This document shows positions 1 to 10,024 of a stretch of DNA of 64,000 nucleotides, piece after piece; positions within the stretch are counted from its first letter, which is position 1, and the number at the start of each line of letters is the position of its first letter. A model generated the notes under the pieces. It saw only the letters and a program-made list of their open reading frames with translations, did not search any database and was not told the DNA's origin. The DNA is from Candidatus Sumerlaeota bacterium. GTDB lineage: Bacteria; Bacillota; SLNR01. The DNA lies in contig JAXGQE010000010.1 in NCBI GenBank assembly GCA_040766585.1, positions 63,117-127,116 of the forward strand. Direction: 5' to 3'. The translations under genes were made by a program, and so were the position numbers.

Positions 1-2
1 TG

Positions 3-161
3 ACCCAGGCTGCCACCAGCGGAGACCGAGTTTGCGGGTACCTGATTACCGGTAAGAACCGGGATGAGGTGGCATCCAAAGAAAGGACGGTTCGCGGAAT
101 TCTCCATATACTCGACCCACAGGGATTGGACCTGTTTCGGAGGGATCTGCTTCCGAACTGA
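3..161 (+). CDS. 3' end of an upstream gene truncated by the window edge; function not recognisable
   Basis: Only frame open from the window edge (52 sense codons, stop TGA 159-161); ends 72 nt before the RBS of the next gene. Too short for a family call. Confidence 0.3.
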   Translation, partial: TQAATSGDRVCGYLITGKNRDEVASKERTVRGILHILDPQGLDLFRRDLLPN

Positions 162-233
162 TCCATCGAGAATGATCCGACTCCAGAATGACCCGACTGG
201 ACTGCAAGGTCCGAGTTGGCAGGGAGGTGCAAC

Positions 234-1346
234 ATGAAAAAAAACATACCGGTTACCCGCAGCTGGATGCCCCCGTTTGACGACTACTGCCGGGAGATTG
301 AAGACCTGTGGGACAGCCGCTGGCTGACCAACATGGGGGATAAACACCGGCGGCTGGAAGAGGCTTTGGCTGAGTATCTGGATGTGCCGTATGTGGCTCT
401 GTTTACCAACGGCCATTTGGCTCTGGAAACGGCGCTTCAGGCTTTGGAGCTTCAGGGGGAAGTGTTGACTACACCCTTTACCTTCGCCTCCACCACCCAC
501 GCCATTGTCCGATGCGGCCTGACTCCAGTGTTTGTGGATATTCGATCGGATGATTATACCCTGGATGCCAAAAAACTGGAAGAGTGCATTACGGACAAAA
601 CCTGCGCCATTGTGCCGGTCCATGTCTACGGACATCTCTGCAATTATGAAGCCATTGCCGATGTGGCCCATCGCTATGGACTGAAAGTGATTTACGATGC
701 CGCCCATACTTTCGGCATGAAAGTTAACGGGAAGGGCGTCGGGCAGCTGGGGGATGTGTCCATGTTCAGTTTTCATGCCACCAAGGTCTTCCACACCATC
801 GAAGGAGGCGCCCTGACCATGAAAGATCCGGATCTGTACCAGAAGGTGGTGCGGTGGCGAAACTTTGGTCTGGGGGGCCCCGAGGAAATTGTGAATCCCG
901 GCGGAAATGGCAAGATGAGTGAGTTTCAGGCCGTTATGGGGCTGTGCTTGCTGCCCCGAGTGGATGACGAGATCGCCCGGCGCAGGGCATTGGTGGATGA
1001 ATACAGAAAGCAGCTGGCATCGGTTCCCGGTGTCCAGCTGAGTCCGGATAGAACCCATGTGGATGCCAACGGGGCCTATTTTCCCATTGTGCTTCGGGAA
1101 TATCCTGTCAGCCGGGATGAGCTGGCCCATATACTGCTATCCGAGGGCATTGTCGCCCGAAAATATTTTTACCCACTGACCAGCGATGCAGTCTGGCATG
1201 GGAAGAGCCTGTTCAAGGATACACCGGTAGCCCGTTCAGTGGCGGACCGGGTGCTCTGTCTGCCTCTGTTCGGGGAGATGGACATGGAAGATGTGGAAAG
1301 GATTGTATCCATTGTTCGCACTCACGGAAGGAGGCATGATGGATGA
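234..1346 (+). CDS. DegT/DnrJ/EryC1/StrS-family PLP-dependent sugar aminotransferase (likely dTDP-4-keto-6-deoxyhexose 4-aminotransferase)
   Basis: ORF 216-1346; start moved to ATG 234 (MKKNIPV) behind AGGGAGG at 221-227. Family-typical N-terminal region and a conserved-looking SxFSFHATK lysine region; stop overlaps rfbA start (ATGA). Confidence 0.85.
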   Translation: MKKNIPVTRSWMPPFDDYCREIEDLWDSRWLTNMGDKHRRLEEALAEYLDVPYVALFTNGHLALETALQALELQGEVLTTPFTFASTTHAIVRCGLTPVFVDIRSDDYTLDAKKLEECITDKTCAIVPVHVYGHLCNYEAIADVAHRYGLKVIYDAAHTFGMKVNGKGVGQLGDVSMFSFHATKVFHTIEGGALTMKDPDLYQKVVRWRNFGLGGPEEIVNPGGNGKMSEFQAVMGLCLLPRVDDEIARRRALVDEYRKQLASVPGVQLSPDRTHVDANGAYFPIVLREYPVSRDELAHILLSEGIVARKYFYPLTSDAVWHGKSLFKDTPVARSVADRVLCLPLFGEMDMEDVERIVSIVRTHGRRHDG

Positions 1347-2212
1347 AAGGAATTGTGCTGGCTGGCGGACGGGGGACCCGACTGTACCCCATAACCAAGG
1401 CGGTATCCAAACAACTGCTCCCGATCTACGACAAACCATTGATCTATTATCCTCTATCTGTACTGATGTTGGCGGGGATTCGGGAGATTCTGATTATTTC
1501 GACACCGGAAGATCTGTCATCCTACCGTCGACTGCTGGGCGACGGGACTCAATTGGGACTGACTCTTTCCTATACGGTCCAGGATTCTCCCCGGGGGTTG
1601 GCCGATGCATTCATCATCGGTGAAGATTTCATCGCTGGGGATCCGGTCTGCCTGATTTTGGGGGACAATCTGTTTTACGGGCAGAATTTGACTCGGGTGC
1701 TAATGAAAGCCCAAGAAGTACTGGACGGCGCCGTCATTTTCGGGTATCCTGTAAAAGATCCTCGTTCATTCGGGGTGGTGGAATTGGATGAAGACCATCG
1801 GGTGCTTTCCATTGAAGAAAAGCCGGAGAAGCCCCGGTCTCATTACGCAGTGCCCGGGCTGTACTTTTATGATCACTGGGTGGTGGAAAGGGCCAAGTCA
1901 TTGGCTCCGTCTTCCCGAGGTGAACTGGAAATCACGGCTCTGAACAATCTGTATCTGGATGAGAAACGGCTGCAGGTGATGCTTCTGGGTCGCGGCATGG
2001 CCTGGTTGGATACCGGAACCCCGGAAGGGCTGCTGAAAGCGGCCGAGTATGTGGAGGCTATCCAGTCCCGGCAGGGTTTCTATATCTCCTGTCTGGAAGA
2101 AATCGCCTGGCGCCGCGGCTTCATTGACAAGCAGCAGCTGCAGGCCATTGGAGAAAGTTTGGAAATGACGGATTACGGGCAGTATCTGCTGTCTTTGGTG
2201 AATGAACCGTAA
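1343..2212 (+). CDS. rfbA: glucose-1-phosphate thymidylyltransferase
   Basis: N-terminus [32 protein letters not shown] is the RmlA signature; RBS GGAAGGAGG 8 nt upstream; 289 aa. Confidence 0.92.
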   Translation: MKGIVLAGGRGTRLYPITKAVSKQLLPIYDKPLIYYPLSVLMLAGIREILIISTPEDLSSYRRLLGDGTQLGLTLSYTVQDSPRGLADAFIIGEDFIAGDPVCLILGDNLFYGQNLTRVLMKAQEVLDGAVIFGYPVKDPRSFGVVELDEDHRVLSIEEKPEKPRSHYAVPGLYFYDHWVVERAKSLAPSSRGELEITALNNLYLDEKRLQVMLLGRGMAWLDTGTPEGLLKAAEYVEAIQSRQGFYISCLEEIAWRRGFIDKQQLQAIGESLEMTDYGQYLLSLVNEP

Positions 2213-2223
2213 GGAAAGGATGA

Positions 2224-3291
2224 ATGGCACGCATGAAAAAAGTACTGGTGACCGGCGGAGCCGGTTTCATCGGAAGCAATTTTATTCATTATTGTCTAGA
2301 CCGGCGTCCGGATCTTTCCATCATCAATCTGGATGCCCTAACCTATGCGGGAAATATGGAAAATCTGTCACTGTGCAGCTGCGACCGCCGCTACCGGTTT
2401 ATTCACGGAGACATTCGGGATCGAGAATTGGTGCAGTCGGTTTTTGCGGAATACGACCCGGATGCGGTGATCCATTTTGCGGCGGAGACCCATGTGGACC
2501 GCAGCATCGAGGATCCGGATGTATTTGTCACCACCAATGTGCTGGGGACCCAGATCCTTCTGGATGCAGCCAAGACAGCCTGGAAGAAACACCCCAAAGA
2601 TCACCGCTGCCGCCAGTATCGGAAAGGGGTGCGCTTTATCCACATCTCTACGGATGAGGTCTATGGATCCCTGGACGGGGAGGGGACATTTTCCGAGGAG
2701 TCGCCGCTTCTGCCCAACAGTCCCTACGCGGCATCCAAAGCCGGCGCCGATCTTTTGGTCCGGTCCTATTTCCGTACCTTTGGATTTCCAGCTGTCATTA
2801 CCCGCTGCAGCAACAATTATGGACCGTACCAGTTCCCGGAAAAACTGATCCCCCTGATGGTACGCAATGCCCAGCAGGATCTACCGCTTCCTGTGTACGG
2901 AGACGGGATGCAGGTACGGGACTGGCTCCATGTCAGCGACCACTGTGAGGCGGTGATGGCTGTCTGGGAGAACGGGCGGCTGGGTGAAGTATACAACATC
3001 GGCGGCGGTTTCGAGAAAACCAACCTGGAAATCGTGCAGATCATTTTGGATACTCTGGGAAAACCGGCATCGCTGATCCGCCACATTGCGGACCGGCCGG
3101 GCCACGACCGGCGCTATGCCATGGATTATGGGAAAATATCCAAAGAACTGGGCTGGCAGCCCGCCCACACTGTAGAAGACGGACTCAAGGAGACGGTCCT
3201 CTGGTATGTGGACAATCCCGACTGGCTGGAGCGGGTGGTTTCCGGACAGTACCGCAGCTACTACGCTCGGATGTACCGGGGCATGGAATAA
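2224..3291 (+). CDS. rfbB: dTDP-glucose 4,6-dehydratase
   Basis: Rossmann motif VLVTGGAGFIGSNF, short-chain dehydratase architecture, 355 aa, immediately after rfbA. Start could be ATG 2224 or 2233. Confidence 0.92.
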   Translation: MARMKKVLVTGGAGFIGSNFIHYCLDRRPDLSIINLDALTYAGNMENLSLCSCDRRYRFIHGDIRDRELVQSVFAEYDPDAVIHFAAETHVDRSIEDPDVFVTTNVLGTQILLDAAKTAWKKHPKDHRCRQYRKGVRFIHISTDEVYGSLDGEGTFSEESPLLPNSPYAASKAGADLLVRSYFRTFGFPAVITRCSNNYGPYQFPEKLIPLMVRNAQQDLPLPVYGDGMQVRDWLHVSDHCEAVMAVWENGRLGEVYNIGGGFEKTNLEIVQIILDTLGKPASLIRHIADRPGHDRRYAMDYGKISKELGWQPAHTVEDGLKETVLWYVDNPDWLERVVSGQYRSYYARMYRGME

Positions 3292-3324
3292 CATACAGAC
3301 ACAACAGAAAGCGCAGGAGATAGC

Positions 3325-3813
3325 ATGCTGGAAGGTATGATGGAGTGGATTCAGATTTTTAAAACAGAATTATCGATATTTCTCATGGCCGCGGTTCCTG
3401 TCATTGAACTGCGGGGAGCGATTCCAGCCGGGATCGCCCTGGGAATGTCTCCGTGGCATGCCGCCCTGGTCAGCTACCTGGGCAGCCTGGCGCCGGCACC
3501 CTTGATTCTTAAGTATGTGCGACCGGTCTTTGAGCGACTGCGGAAGACCAAATATCTGAGGGGATGGGCGGATCGCATGGAGGCTCGATCAGTCAAGCGA
3601 GGCAGTCACAATCTCCAGCGCTTCGGCGCTTGGGGTCTGATTCTGTTTGTGGCCATTCCCCTACCGGGAACCGGTGTCTGGACGGGAAGCATGATTGCCG
3701 GATTCCTGGATATTCGCTTTCGCTGGGCCATACCGGCCATTGCCCTGGGCAACCTTTTGGCTGCGCTGGCAGTCCTGATTCTCAGCGGCGGATTTGTGCG
3801 GGTGATTGGGTAG
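3325..3813 (+). CDS. small polytopic membrane protein, 'putative small multidrug export protein' family-like
   Basis: 162 aa, hydrophobic segments, motif VPVIELRGAIPAGIALG; RBS GCAGGAGAT upstream. Family recalled from memory, not searched. Confidence 0.55.
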   Translation: MLEGMMEWIQIFKTELSIFLMAAVPVIELRGAIPAGIALGMSPWHAALVSYLGSLAPAPLILKYVRPVFERLRKTKYLRGWADRMEARSVKRGSHNLQRFGAWGLILFVAIPLPGTGVWTGSMIAGFLDIRFRWAIPAIALGNLLAALAVLILSGGFVRVIG

Positions 3814-4026
3814 GAGAAGTAAACAGTTAGTTGAACACGAAACCGGATGGGGCCAAAAACGGCTTCACTGGTTTTTTCCTGCCCGGGAATTGACAATTTG
3901 TTGAAAGCATCCATGCCATGAACGTCGACCCCTTACAATGGATGTGTGGGCTGTCGGCCAGGGGGCAGGATTCAACGCTGATTTTGTCGAAAGAGAAGAC
4001 CATTACGAAGGAGCCGGGAGGCTGCT

Positions 4027-7000
4027 ATGAATAAATATTCCGATGAGTCGAATTGGGATCATTTGAATAGGGAACCGGAACAGAAACTGGTTCTTCCGGT
4101 CACAGAAGACGGTCTGATGCTGCGGGTCTCGCCGCAGGCGGCAGAGTGTCTGCATTTGAATGTGGCCCCGGGAGAGCTGTTTTCATTTTTTGATCTGTTG
4201 ACTCCTCAGGAGGCGGAAAAATGCCGCTGGCTGATGGATCAGGTGCGCCGGATCCGCCAGGCCGTGCGGACCGACTGCCGCCTGCAACTGGGCCATGGGT
4301 ATCAGCAGGTAAAAATGGTCATTGCCCCGGATGATGCCGGACTGGGGCTGGAACTTCGTCTCTTTTTGCCGGCCCAAACCATCCATGAGGCGGAAACGGA
4401 TGATGACTGCTGCGAGGCTGCGGCCATGCTGGAGTCGCAGCGGATGCTGGCAGATGCCGCCTTTGAAGGGCTGATGCTGGTTTGGGGAACCGAAACCTAC
4501 TGGACCATTACCAGCGCCAACCCGGCAGCCTGCCGATTGACCGGGTACACCGAAGAGGAACTGAGCCGGATGAATCCGGAATCTTTGGTATCGCCGGAAT
4601 ACCGGGGACGCATCCGGCAGATCCTGAAAAGAAAGCCTCTGGATCCAGAGCATTCCTGCGAACTGCAGCTGGTGACCCGCACCGGGGATCGTCTGTGGGT
4701 GGAAATCCGGGGAGCCGATTTAGAAACCCAGACGGGATCGTATCGAGTTTGTGCCTTCCGCGATATATCGGCTCTGGTGGAAAGTCGTGAAAAACTGCAG
4801 GTGAGGGAGAAAGAATTCCGGGCTTTGGCGGAGCATTCTCCGGACATCATTGTGAGATACGACCGGAATTACCAGAGAATATATGTCAATCCTGCGTTTG
4901 AACACCAATTCGGCCAATCGGCCGAGGAAGTTTTGGGTAAAAGCGTGAAGGAAACCGGGGTTCTTTCCCGGCAGACAGACCGATTCGTCGCGCTGCTGGA
5001 TGAGGTCTTTGCCAGCGGTGAGCCGCGGGAATGGGTCTTTGGGGCAGAGCCGGGTGAGCCGGTGCAGGGATATTTCCATACCCGCCTGGTACCGGAAACG
5101 GATGCCGATGGGCAGATTGGATCGATACTTGGCGTGTCTCGTGAGATTACTGAACAAAAAAACACGGAAAAGGCTCTTCGGGAACAAAAAGAACAGTATC
5201 ATCGATTTATGGACAATTTCCACGGAATTGCTTTTATGGGAGACGGAGGGTTTAAACCCCTGTTCATATCCGGTGCGGTGGAAGCCATAACCGGTTACTC
5301 GGATGAAGATTTGCTGTCGGGGCGGCTGACCTGGGAAGATCTGATCCATCCGGATGATTTTCCGGATCTGCTAGAAGCCATTGCCAACGACCGATTGGAT
5401 CAGAACATGCATACCCACCGCTACCGGATGATCCGCAAAGACGGGAAAGTCCGCTGGGTGGAACAGCACATTCGATATTTTCCCGGGCAGGACGGTGATT
5501 CCATGCGAACCCACGGCACCTTGTACGACATTACCGAACGGGTGACCATGGAAAATGCCCTGGAAGTCAGTGAAGCCCGCTACCGGATGCTTCTGGAGAA
5601 CATTTCGGATGTGGTGTATGTTCTGGATAAGCAAGGAAGGATCATCTACATCAGTCCATCGGTGGAAGGGCTCTGCGGCTATGCACCGGATGAGATGGTG
5701 GGGACATTGGTTTTGGATTGGATCTGGCCGGATGATCGAGAAATGGCCCGAAAGAATATGGAACGCAAATTCAACAGGGATATGGTCACCAGCGAACACC
5801 GGATTCGCACCAAAGACGGCGGGTACCGCTATATCCGGGCCTCCAGCCAGCCGCTGCGGGATGAGAACCTCTACGGTCCGGGCCTTTTTGGAATCATGTC
5901 CGATATTCATCTGGAGCGGCAGGCTGCTGAAGAACTGAAAGCCAGCGAAACCCGCTTTCGGACCATTATCAACAATATTCCGGGACTCTTTTACCGGGTG
6001 GACCTGGCATCCCGCACCATTACCTACGCATCCGACAGCAGCGAATCTCTGCTGGGCCTGGAGGCGAAAGATCTGGTGGGAAGGTCATTGGATGAATTTT
6101 CCAATGAACTGGTGCATCCGTCGTTCCATGGTGCTTTGACGGATGTTTTCCAAAAAGCGGTGGAGTCTGTGGGTCCGTACGAAATCGATTGCCGGCTGCA
6201 GCCGCAGAAGGGCCGACCCCTGTGGGTCAATATCCAGGGACAGGCATATCGGGAAGACGGAGTTCCTCTCTACATGGACAGCATCATGAGCGACATTACC
6301 CACCATAAGATGCTGGAAGAAGAACTGCGGAGCCGGGAAGAAGAGTTTCGCTCTTTGGCGGACAATGTCCCGGGAGCGGTCTACAAAATGGATCCGCAGA
6401 CCAATGAATTTGTGTATCTCAGCGACGAATTTGAAACCATTACCGGCTATGCTCCCCCGTTGTTTCTGGGGGATAACCGCCGTACCTATGAAGAAATTAT
6501 TTACGAAAAGGATCGGGAAAAGACGATCGCCAGTTATGATCAGGCCATATCGGAGGAACGGGTATTCAGCAGTGAGTACCGGATTGTTCGGGCGGATGGT
6601 TCACTGCGCTGGGTTCAGGGCCGGGCACAGGGCCGTTTTCAAGATGGCCAATTGCAGTGGGTAGTGGGAATTATCACCGATATCCAAGAACGCAAAGAAG
6701 CAGAAGCCCAGGTGGAATATCTTACGTTCCATGACCGGATGACGGGACTGTACAACCGGAACTTCTTCGATGTGGAACTGAAACGTCTGGATGTGGAGCG
6801 GATGCTGCCCTTAAGCATCATTATTGGAGATGTCAACGGCCTGAAGCTGGTGAATGACTCTCTGGGCCATCACAATGGAGATGAAATGCTGATTCTGGTG
6901 GCCCGTACCATCGCCGACGCCTGCCGGCAGGAAGATATCCTCTGCCGTTGGGGTGGAGACGAATTTGCCATTTTACTGCCGGAGACCTGGCTGCGGGATG

Positions 7001-7743
7001 CCATGGTGATCGTGGATCGAATCAATGAGCGGTGTGCGGAGATTAAAGATTTTCCAGTGCCGGTCAGTGTATCTTTGGGGGCCGCCTCCAAAACCGAACC
7101 GGAACAGCTTATGAATGAAGTGATTGATGAAGCAGAAGCCATGATGTACCGGACCAAATACACCGAAGGCAAGGATTTTCATGCCCGGGTGGTATATGCC
7201 CTGCAAAAGCATTTGCAGCAGCGGTCCGATGAAACACCGGAGCACTCCTTGCGGTTAAAGAGTTACTGCCAGAAACTGGGGACTCATCTGAAACTGAGTC
7301 CGGAAGAGATGCGTCGATTGGATTTGATCTGCGATCTCCACGATGTGGGCAAACTGGTGGTACCGGAAGAGATTCTGATTCGACCGGGTCCCCTGACTTC
7401 TGAAGAACGGGATCTGGTGGAGGCTCACTGCGAGCATGGGGTCAAGATCATTCAGTCCGCCGCCAGTCTGGTGGCGGTGGCCGATGAAATCCTGGCTCAC
7501 CATGAGTGGTATGACGGCAGCGGGTATCCGCGCGGCTTGAAGGGGGAAGAGATTCCTCTGCTTTCTCGAATTTTTGCTATTGTGGACGCTTTCGATGTGA
7601 TGACTCAGGGGCGGGCATACCGCAGAGCGCTGCCTTGCACGGAAGCTTTATCGGAATTGAGAGACTGCAAGGGGATCCAATTTGATCCTGTTTTAGTGGA
7701 CGCATTCATTGCCCTCATGAAGGAGGATCCAGAACGCCAATAA
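4027..7743 (+). CDS. multi-PAS sensor protein with GGDEF (diguanylate cyclase) and HD-GYP (c-di-GMP phosphodiesterase) domains
   Basis: 1238 aa; several PAS/PAC-like repeats; RQEDILCRWGGDEF (GGDEF A-site with RxxD I-site); C-terminal LHDVGK ... HHEWYDGSGYP (HD-GYP). RBS GGGAGG 6-7 nt upstream. Confidence 0.88.
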   Translation: MNKYSDESNWDHLNREPEQKLVLPVTEDGLMLRVSPQAAECLHLNVAPGELFSFFDLLTPQEAEKCRWLMDQVRRIRQAVRTDCRLQLGHGYQQVKMVIAPDDAGLGLELRLFLPAQTIHEAETDDDCCEAAAMLESQRMLADAAFEGLMLVWGTETYWTITSANPAACRLTGYTEEELSRMNPESLVSPEYRGRIRQILKRKPLDPEHSCELQLVTRTGDRLWVEIRGADLETQTGSYRVCAFRDISALVESREKLQVREKEFRALAEHSPDIIVRYDRNYQRIYVNPAFEHQFGQSAEEVLGKSVKETGVLSRQTDRFVALLDEVFASGEPREWVFGAEPGEPVQGYFHTRLVPETDADGQIGSILGVSREITEQKNTEKALREQKEQYHRFMDNFHGIAFMGDGGFKPLFISGAVEAITGYSDEDLLSGRLTWEDLIHPDDFPDLLEAIANDRLDQNMHTHRYRMIRKDGKVRWVEQHIRYFPGQDGDSMRTHGTLYDITERVTMENALEVSEARYRMLLENISDVVYVLDKQGRIIYISPSVEGLCGYAPDEMVGTLVLDWIWPDDREMARKNMERKFNRDMVTSEHRIRTKDGGYRYIRASSQPLRDENLYGPGLFGIMSDIHLERQAAEELKASETRFRTIINNIPGLFYRVDLASRTITYASDSSESLLGLEAKDLVGRSLDEFSNELVHPSFHGALTDVFQKAVESVGPYEIDCRLQPQKGRPLWVNIQGQAYREDGVPLYMDSIMSDITHHKMLEEELRSREEEFRSLADNVPGAVYKMDPQTNEFVYLSDEFETITGYAPPLFLGDNRRTYEEIIYEKDREKTIASYDQAISEERVFSSEYRIVRADGSLRWVQGRAQGRFQDGQLQWVVGIITDIQERKEAEAQVEYLTFHDRMTGLYNRNFFDVELKRLDVERMLPLSIIIGDVNGLKLVNDSLGHHNGDEMLILVARTIADACRQEDILCRWGGDEFAILLPETWLRDAMVIVDRINERCAEIKDFPVPVSVSLGAASKTEPEQLMNEVIDEAEAMMYRTKYTEGKDFHARVVYALQKHLQQRSDETPEHSLRLKSYCQKLGTHLKLSPEEMRRLDLICDLHDVGKLVVPEEILIRPGPLTSEERDLVEAHCEHGVKIIQSAASLVAVADEILAHHEWYDGSGYPRGLKGEEIPLLSRIFAIVDAFDVMTQGRAYRRALPCTEALSELRDCKGIQFDPVLVDAFIALMKEDPERQ

Positions 7744-7861
7744 AGGCACATACATGGACGATGATTCGAAAAACGGCGAATGCCGTTTTTTTCTTGGGCA
7801 GGGTTTTCCGGAAAAAAAACGAATAGGTACGGACAGGGACCTGAAAGTTGAGGTGAGCAGG

Positions 7862-8161
7862 ATGACCCGGTACAACACGTTTCTGCTCTATGCATTTGTC
7901 ATTCTTGTACTGGCCCGATTGATCCTGACGTATGCCCTGGTATTCTCTCGTTCCAGCCAGATACAACCCTGGGCGGAACTGGACGGGCATCGCGTGCTCC
8001 GGGGAAAAGGGGTCACACTATTGGTGAATGACCGCTGGGTGATGGGAGCGGTCTACGGGCATCTGGAAACCGGCGCCATAGTCATCCGCACCGAGGATGG
8101 CGCTTTTATTGAGATTCAGCCGGATGATATTCAGACAACGCGTATTTACGATCTGTCGTGA
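7862..8161 (+). CDS. hypothetical small membrane protein
   Basis: Taken from ORF 7754-8161 with start at ATG 7862 (MTRYNTF...) behind GAGGTGA; N-terminal hydrophobic helix; ends 21 nt before the CapA-like gene. Confidence 0.45.
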   Translation: MTRYNTFLLYAFVILVLARLILTYALVFSRSSQIQPWAELDGHRVLRGKGVTLLVNDRWVMGAVYGHLETGAIVIRTEDGAFIEIQPDDIQTTRIYDLS

Positions 8162-8181
8162 CGACAGAAGGAGGAATAGGG

Positions 8182-9360
8182 ATGAAGGTGGGTAAATGGT
8201 TGACGGTTCTGGCGCTCAGCGCGGCATTGGTAGTGGGGGCAGCCTCTGTGGTGCAGACGCCCACGGACCTTCCGGCCGATGACATGGAACCACGGCCGCC
8301 GGCGGTGCGGCAGGCTCGTCTGGCATCGGTGGGGGATATTATGATGCACAACACCCAGCTCACCGACGGCTACTCGGAGGGCGGGTACAACTTCGATCAT
8401 TTCTTCGCGGATATTTCACCCTACTGGAGCGACTGCGACCTGGTGGTGGGCAATCTGGAAACCACCATGGCCGGAAGCGATCGGGGATACACCGGATACC
8501 CGCGTTTCAACAGCCCGGATGAGCTGGCCGATGCCATACGAAAAGCCGGTTTTGACCTGGTCAGCACCGCCAACAACCATGCCATGGATAAAGGCGAGTC
8601 TGGGGTTCGAAGAACTCTGGATATGCTGGACAGCCAGAATATCCTGAACACCGGAACCGCGCGATCGCCAGAGGAGCGTAGCCAGTGGCCCATGGTGGAT
8701 GTCAACGGGATCCAAATGGCTTTTCTGGCCTACACATACAGCACCAACGGAATCCCTGTTCCGTCGGGAAAGGAGTACCTGGTCAACATGATTGATGAAA
8801 AGCAGATGGCCGAGGACATCGCCCGGGCCCGGGAACAGGGAGCGGATCTGGTGGTGGTATCGCCCCACTACGGCGCGGAATACCGCTGGTCGCCCAACGA
8901 CTACCAGCTGGAAACCGTGGATGCGCTGGTGAGGGCAGGAGCTGATTTGATTCTGGGGAGCCATCCTCATGTGCTTCAGCCGTTTGAAATGGTGTCGGTG
9001 ACCTTAGACGACGGAAGCGTCCGCCAGGCCGGGGTGCTGTACTCTCAGGGGAATTTCATTTCTGCCCAAAAAGGGCTGGACCGGGAAACGGCTGCCGTGT
9101 TCTTTATTGACATTGAAAAGGACCTGTGGGAAGGGACCACCCGGGTTACCGGGATCGAAGCCCTGCCCATTTATACCCATAAATACAGAGAGGGAGGAAA
9201 ACTGCGCTACCGGGTGGTGGCTGTGGAGCCATCCATTCAGCGCTATGAAAACGGCGATGCGGGCCGCTTTACCTCCCAGGACATTTCAATTCTTCGTTCG
9301 GCCTGGGATCATGCGGTGAACATTCTGGGGGACGATCGTCTGGTCAGAATACAACCGTAG
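8182..9360 (+). CDS. CapA/PGA_cap-family metallophosphatase-like protein (secreted or membrane-anchored)
   Basis: ORF 8158-9360, start at ATG 8182 behind GGAGGA; signal/TM segment LTVLALSAALVVGAAS; motifs VGDIMMH, DLVVGNLET, STANNHAMD typical of the CapA family. Confidence 0.8.
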   Translation: MKVGKWLTVLALSAALVVGAASVVQTPTDLPADDMEPRPPAVRQARLASVGDIMMHNTQLTDGYSEGGYNFDHFFADISPYWSDCDLVVGNLETTMAGSDRGYTGYPRFNSPDELADAIRKAGFDLVSTANNHAMDKGESGVRRTLDMLDSQNILNTGTARSPEERSQWPMVDVNGIQMAFLAYTYSTNGIPVPSGKEYLVNMIDEKQMAEDIARAREQGADLVVVSPHYGAEYRWSPNDYQLETVDALVRAGADLILGSHPHVLQPFEMVSVTLDDGSVRQAGVLYSQGNFISAQKGLDRETAAVFFIDIEKDLWEGTTRVTGIEALPIYTHKYREGGKLRYRVVAVEPSIQRYENGDAGRFTSQDISILRSAWDHAVNILGDDRLVRIQP

Positions 9361-9400
9361 AGCCTACAACGAACCAATCGAGGATGCAGGAGGGGAAAGA

Positions 9401-9988
9401 ATGATACCTGAAATTGTGGACATGATTCAAAAATCAGCAGCCATTGCCGTCGGTCTGGCGCTGCTGAATGTGGTGACCGCCTTTTTGATGAGGATGTATC
9501 TGACCTGGGCAGTGATTCGGAAAAAGCAGGTGGACCTGCATGTCAGACCCACCCAGAAGCAGTGGGTGAACTATGTGGCTCCTCTTCAGGATGTGGAATT
9601 CAAAGGACTTGTGGTCATGATCGTGGTGATTGTCCTGATCGCATACTTTATTAAGCAAATTCCAGCCGCCTCCGGGCTGATTGTGATTCTGGTGGGGCTG
9701 TCCTTTTTCACGTTTACACTGGGGCTGGCCCGTCCCTCGTATTATCTGACGCCCGAGGGTCTGGTGGTGTTAAACTGGTACCCGCCCTATATGAATCGGA
9801 ATATGGGGTTTTTCCGCTGGAGCCTTTTTGAGAAGTATGCCGCCACCGATGACGGTGTTGTGGTAGGCAGCCCGAAGCGAATCATTCCCATCATCTGCGA
9901 ACAGAAGGATCTGGATGCAGTACGCCGCTATGTGCGGCGGATGATGAACCGCCTGAGGGCAGAGGCCGGTCTGGAAACACTGGATTAA
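9401..9988 (+). CDS. hypothetical integral membrane protein
   Basis: 195 aa with several hydrophobic helices; RBS AGGAGGGGA upstream; followed by a bidirectional terminator. Confidence 0.6.
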   Translation: MIPEIVDMIQKSAAIAVGLALLNVVTAFLMRMYLTWAVIRKKQVDLHVRPTQKQWVNYVAPLQDVEFKGLVVMIVVIVLIAYFIKQIPAASGLIVILVGLSFFTFTLGLARPSYYLTPEGLVVLNWYPPYMNRNMGFFRWSLFEKYAATDDGVVVGSPKRIIPIICEQKDLDAVRRYVRRMMNRLRAEAGLETLD

Positions 9989-10018
9989 AAAAAGCCCGGT
10001 GAAGACCGGGCTTTTGGC
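9985..10018. terminator. bidirectional intrinsic terminator between convergent genes
   Basis: Perfect 10-bp stem AAAGCCCGGT/ACCGGGCTTT with GAAG loop (9991-10014), A-run on one side and T-run on the other. Confidence 0.7.
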
Positions 10019-10024
10019 AGTGCC

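Noticed and set aside
2202-2657. 151-aa plus-strand ORF overlapping rfbB in another frame
   Set aside because: rfbB is unambiguous; the alternative frame gives a Cys/Gly/Pro-rich chance product.
4720-5349. 209-aa minus-strand ORF inside the PAS/GGDEF/HD-GYP gene
   Set aside because: Antisense to a continuous 1238-aa ORF with recognisable domains throughout.
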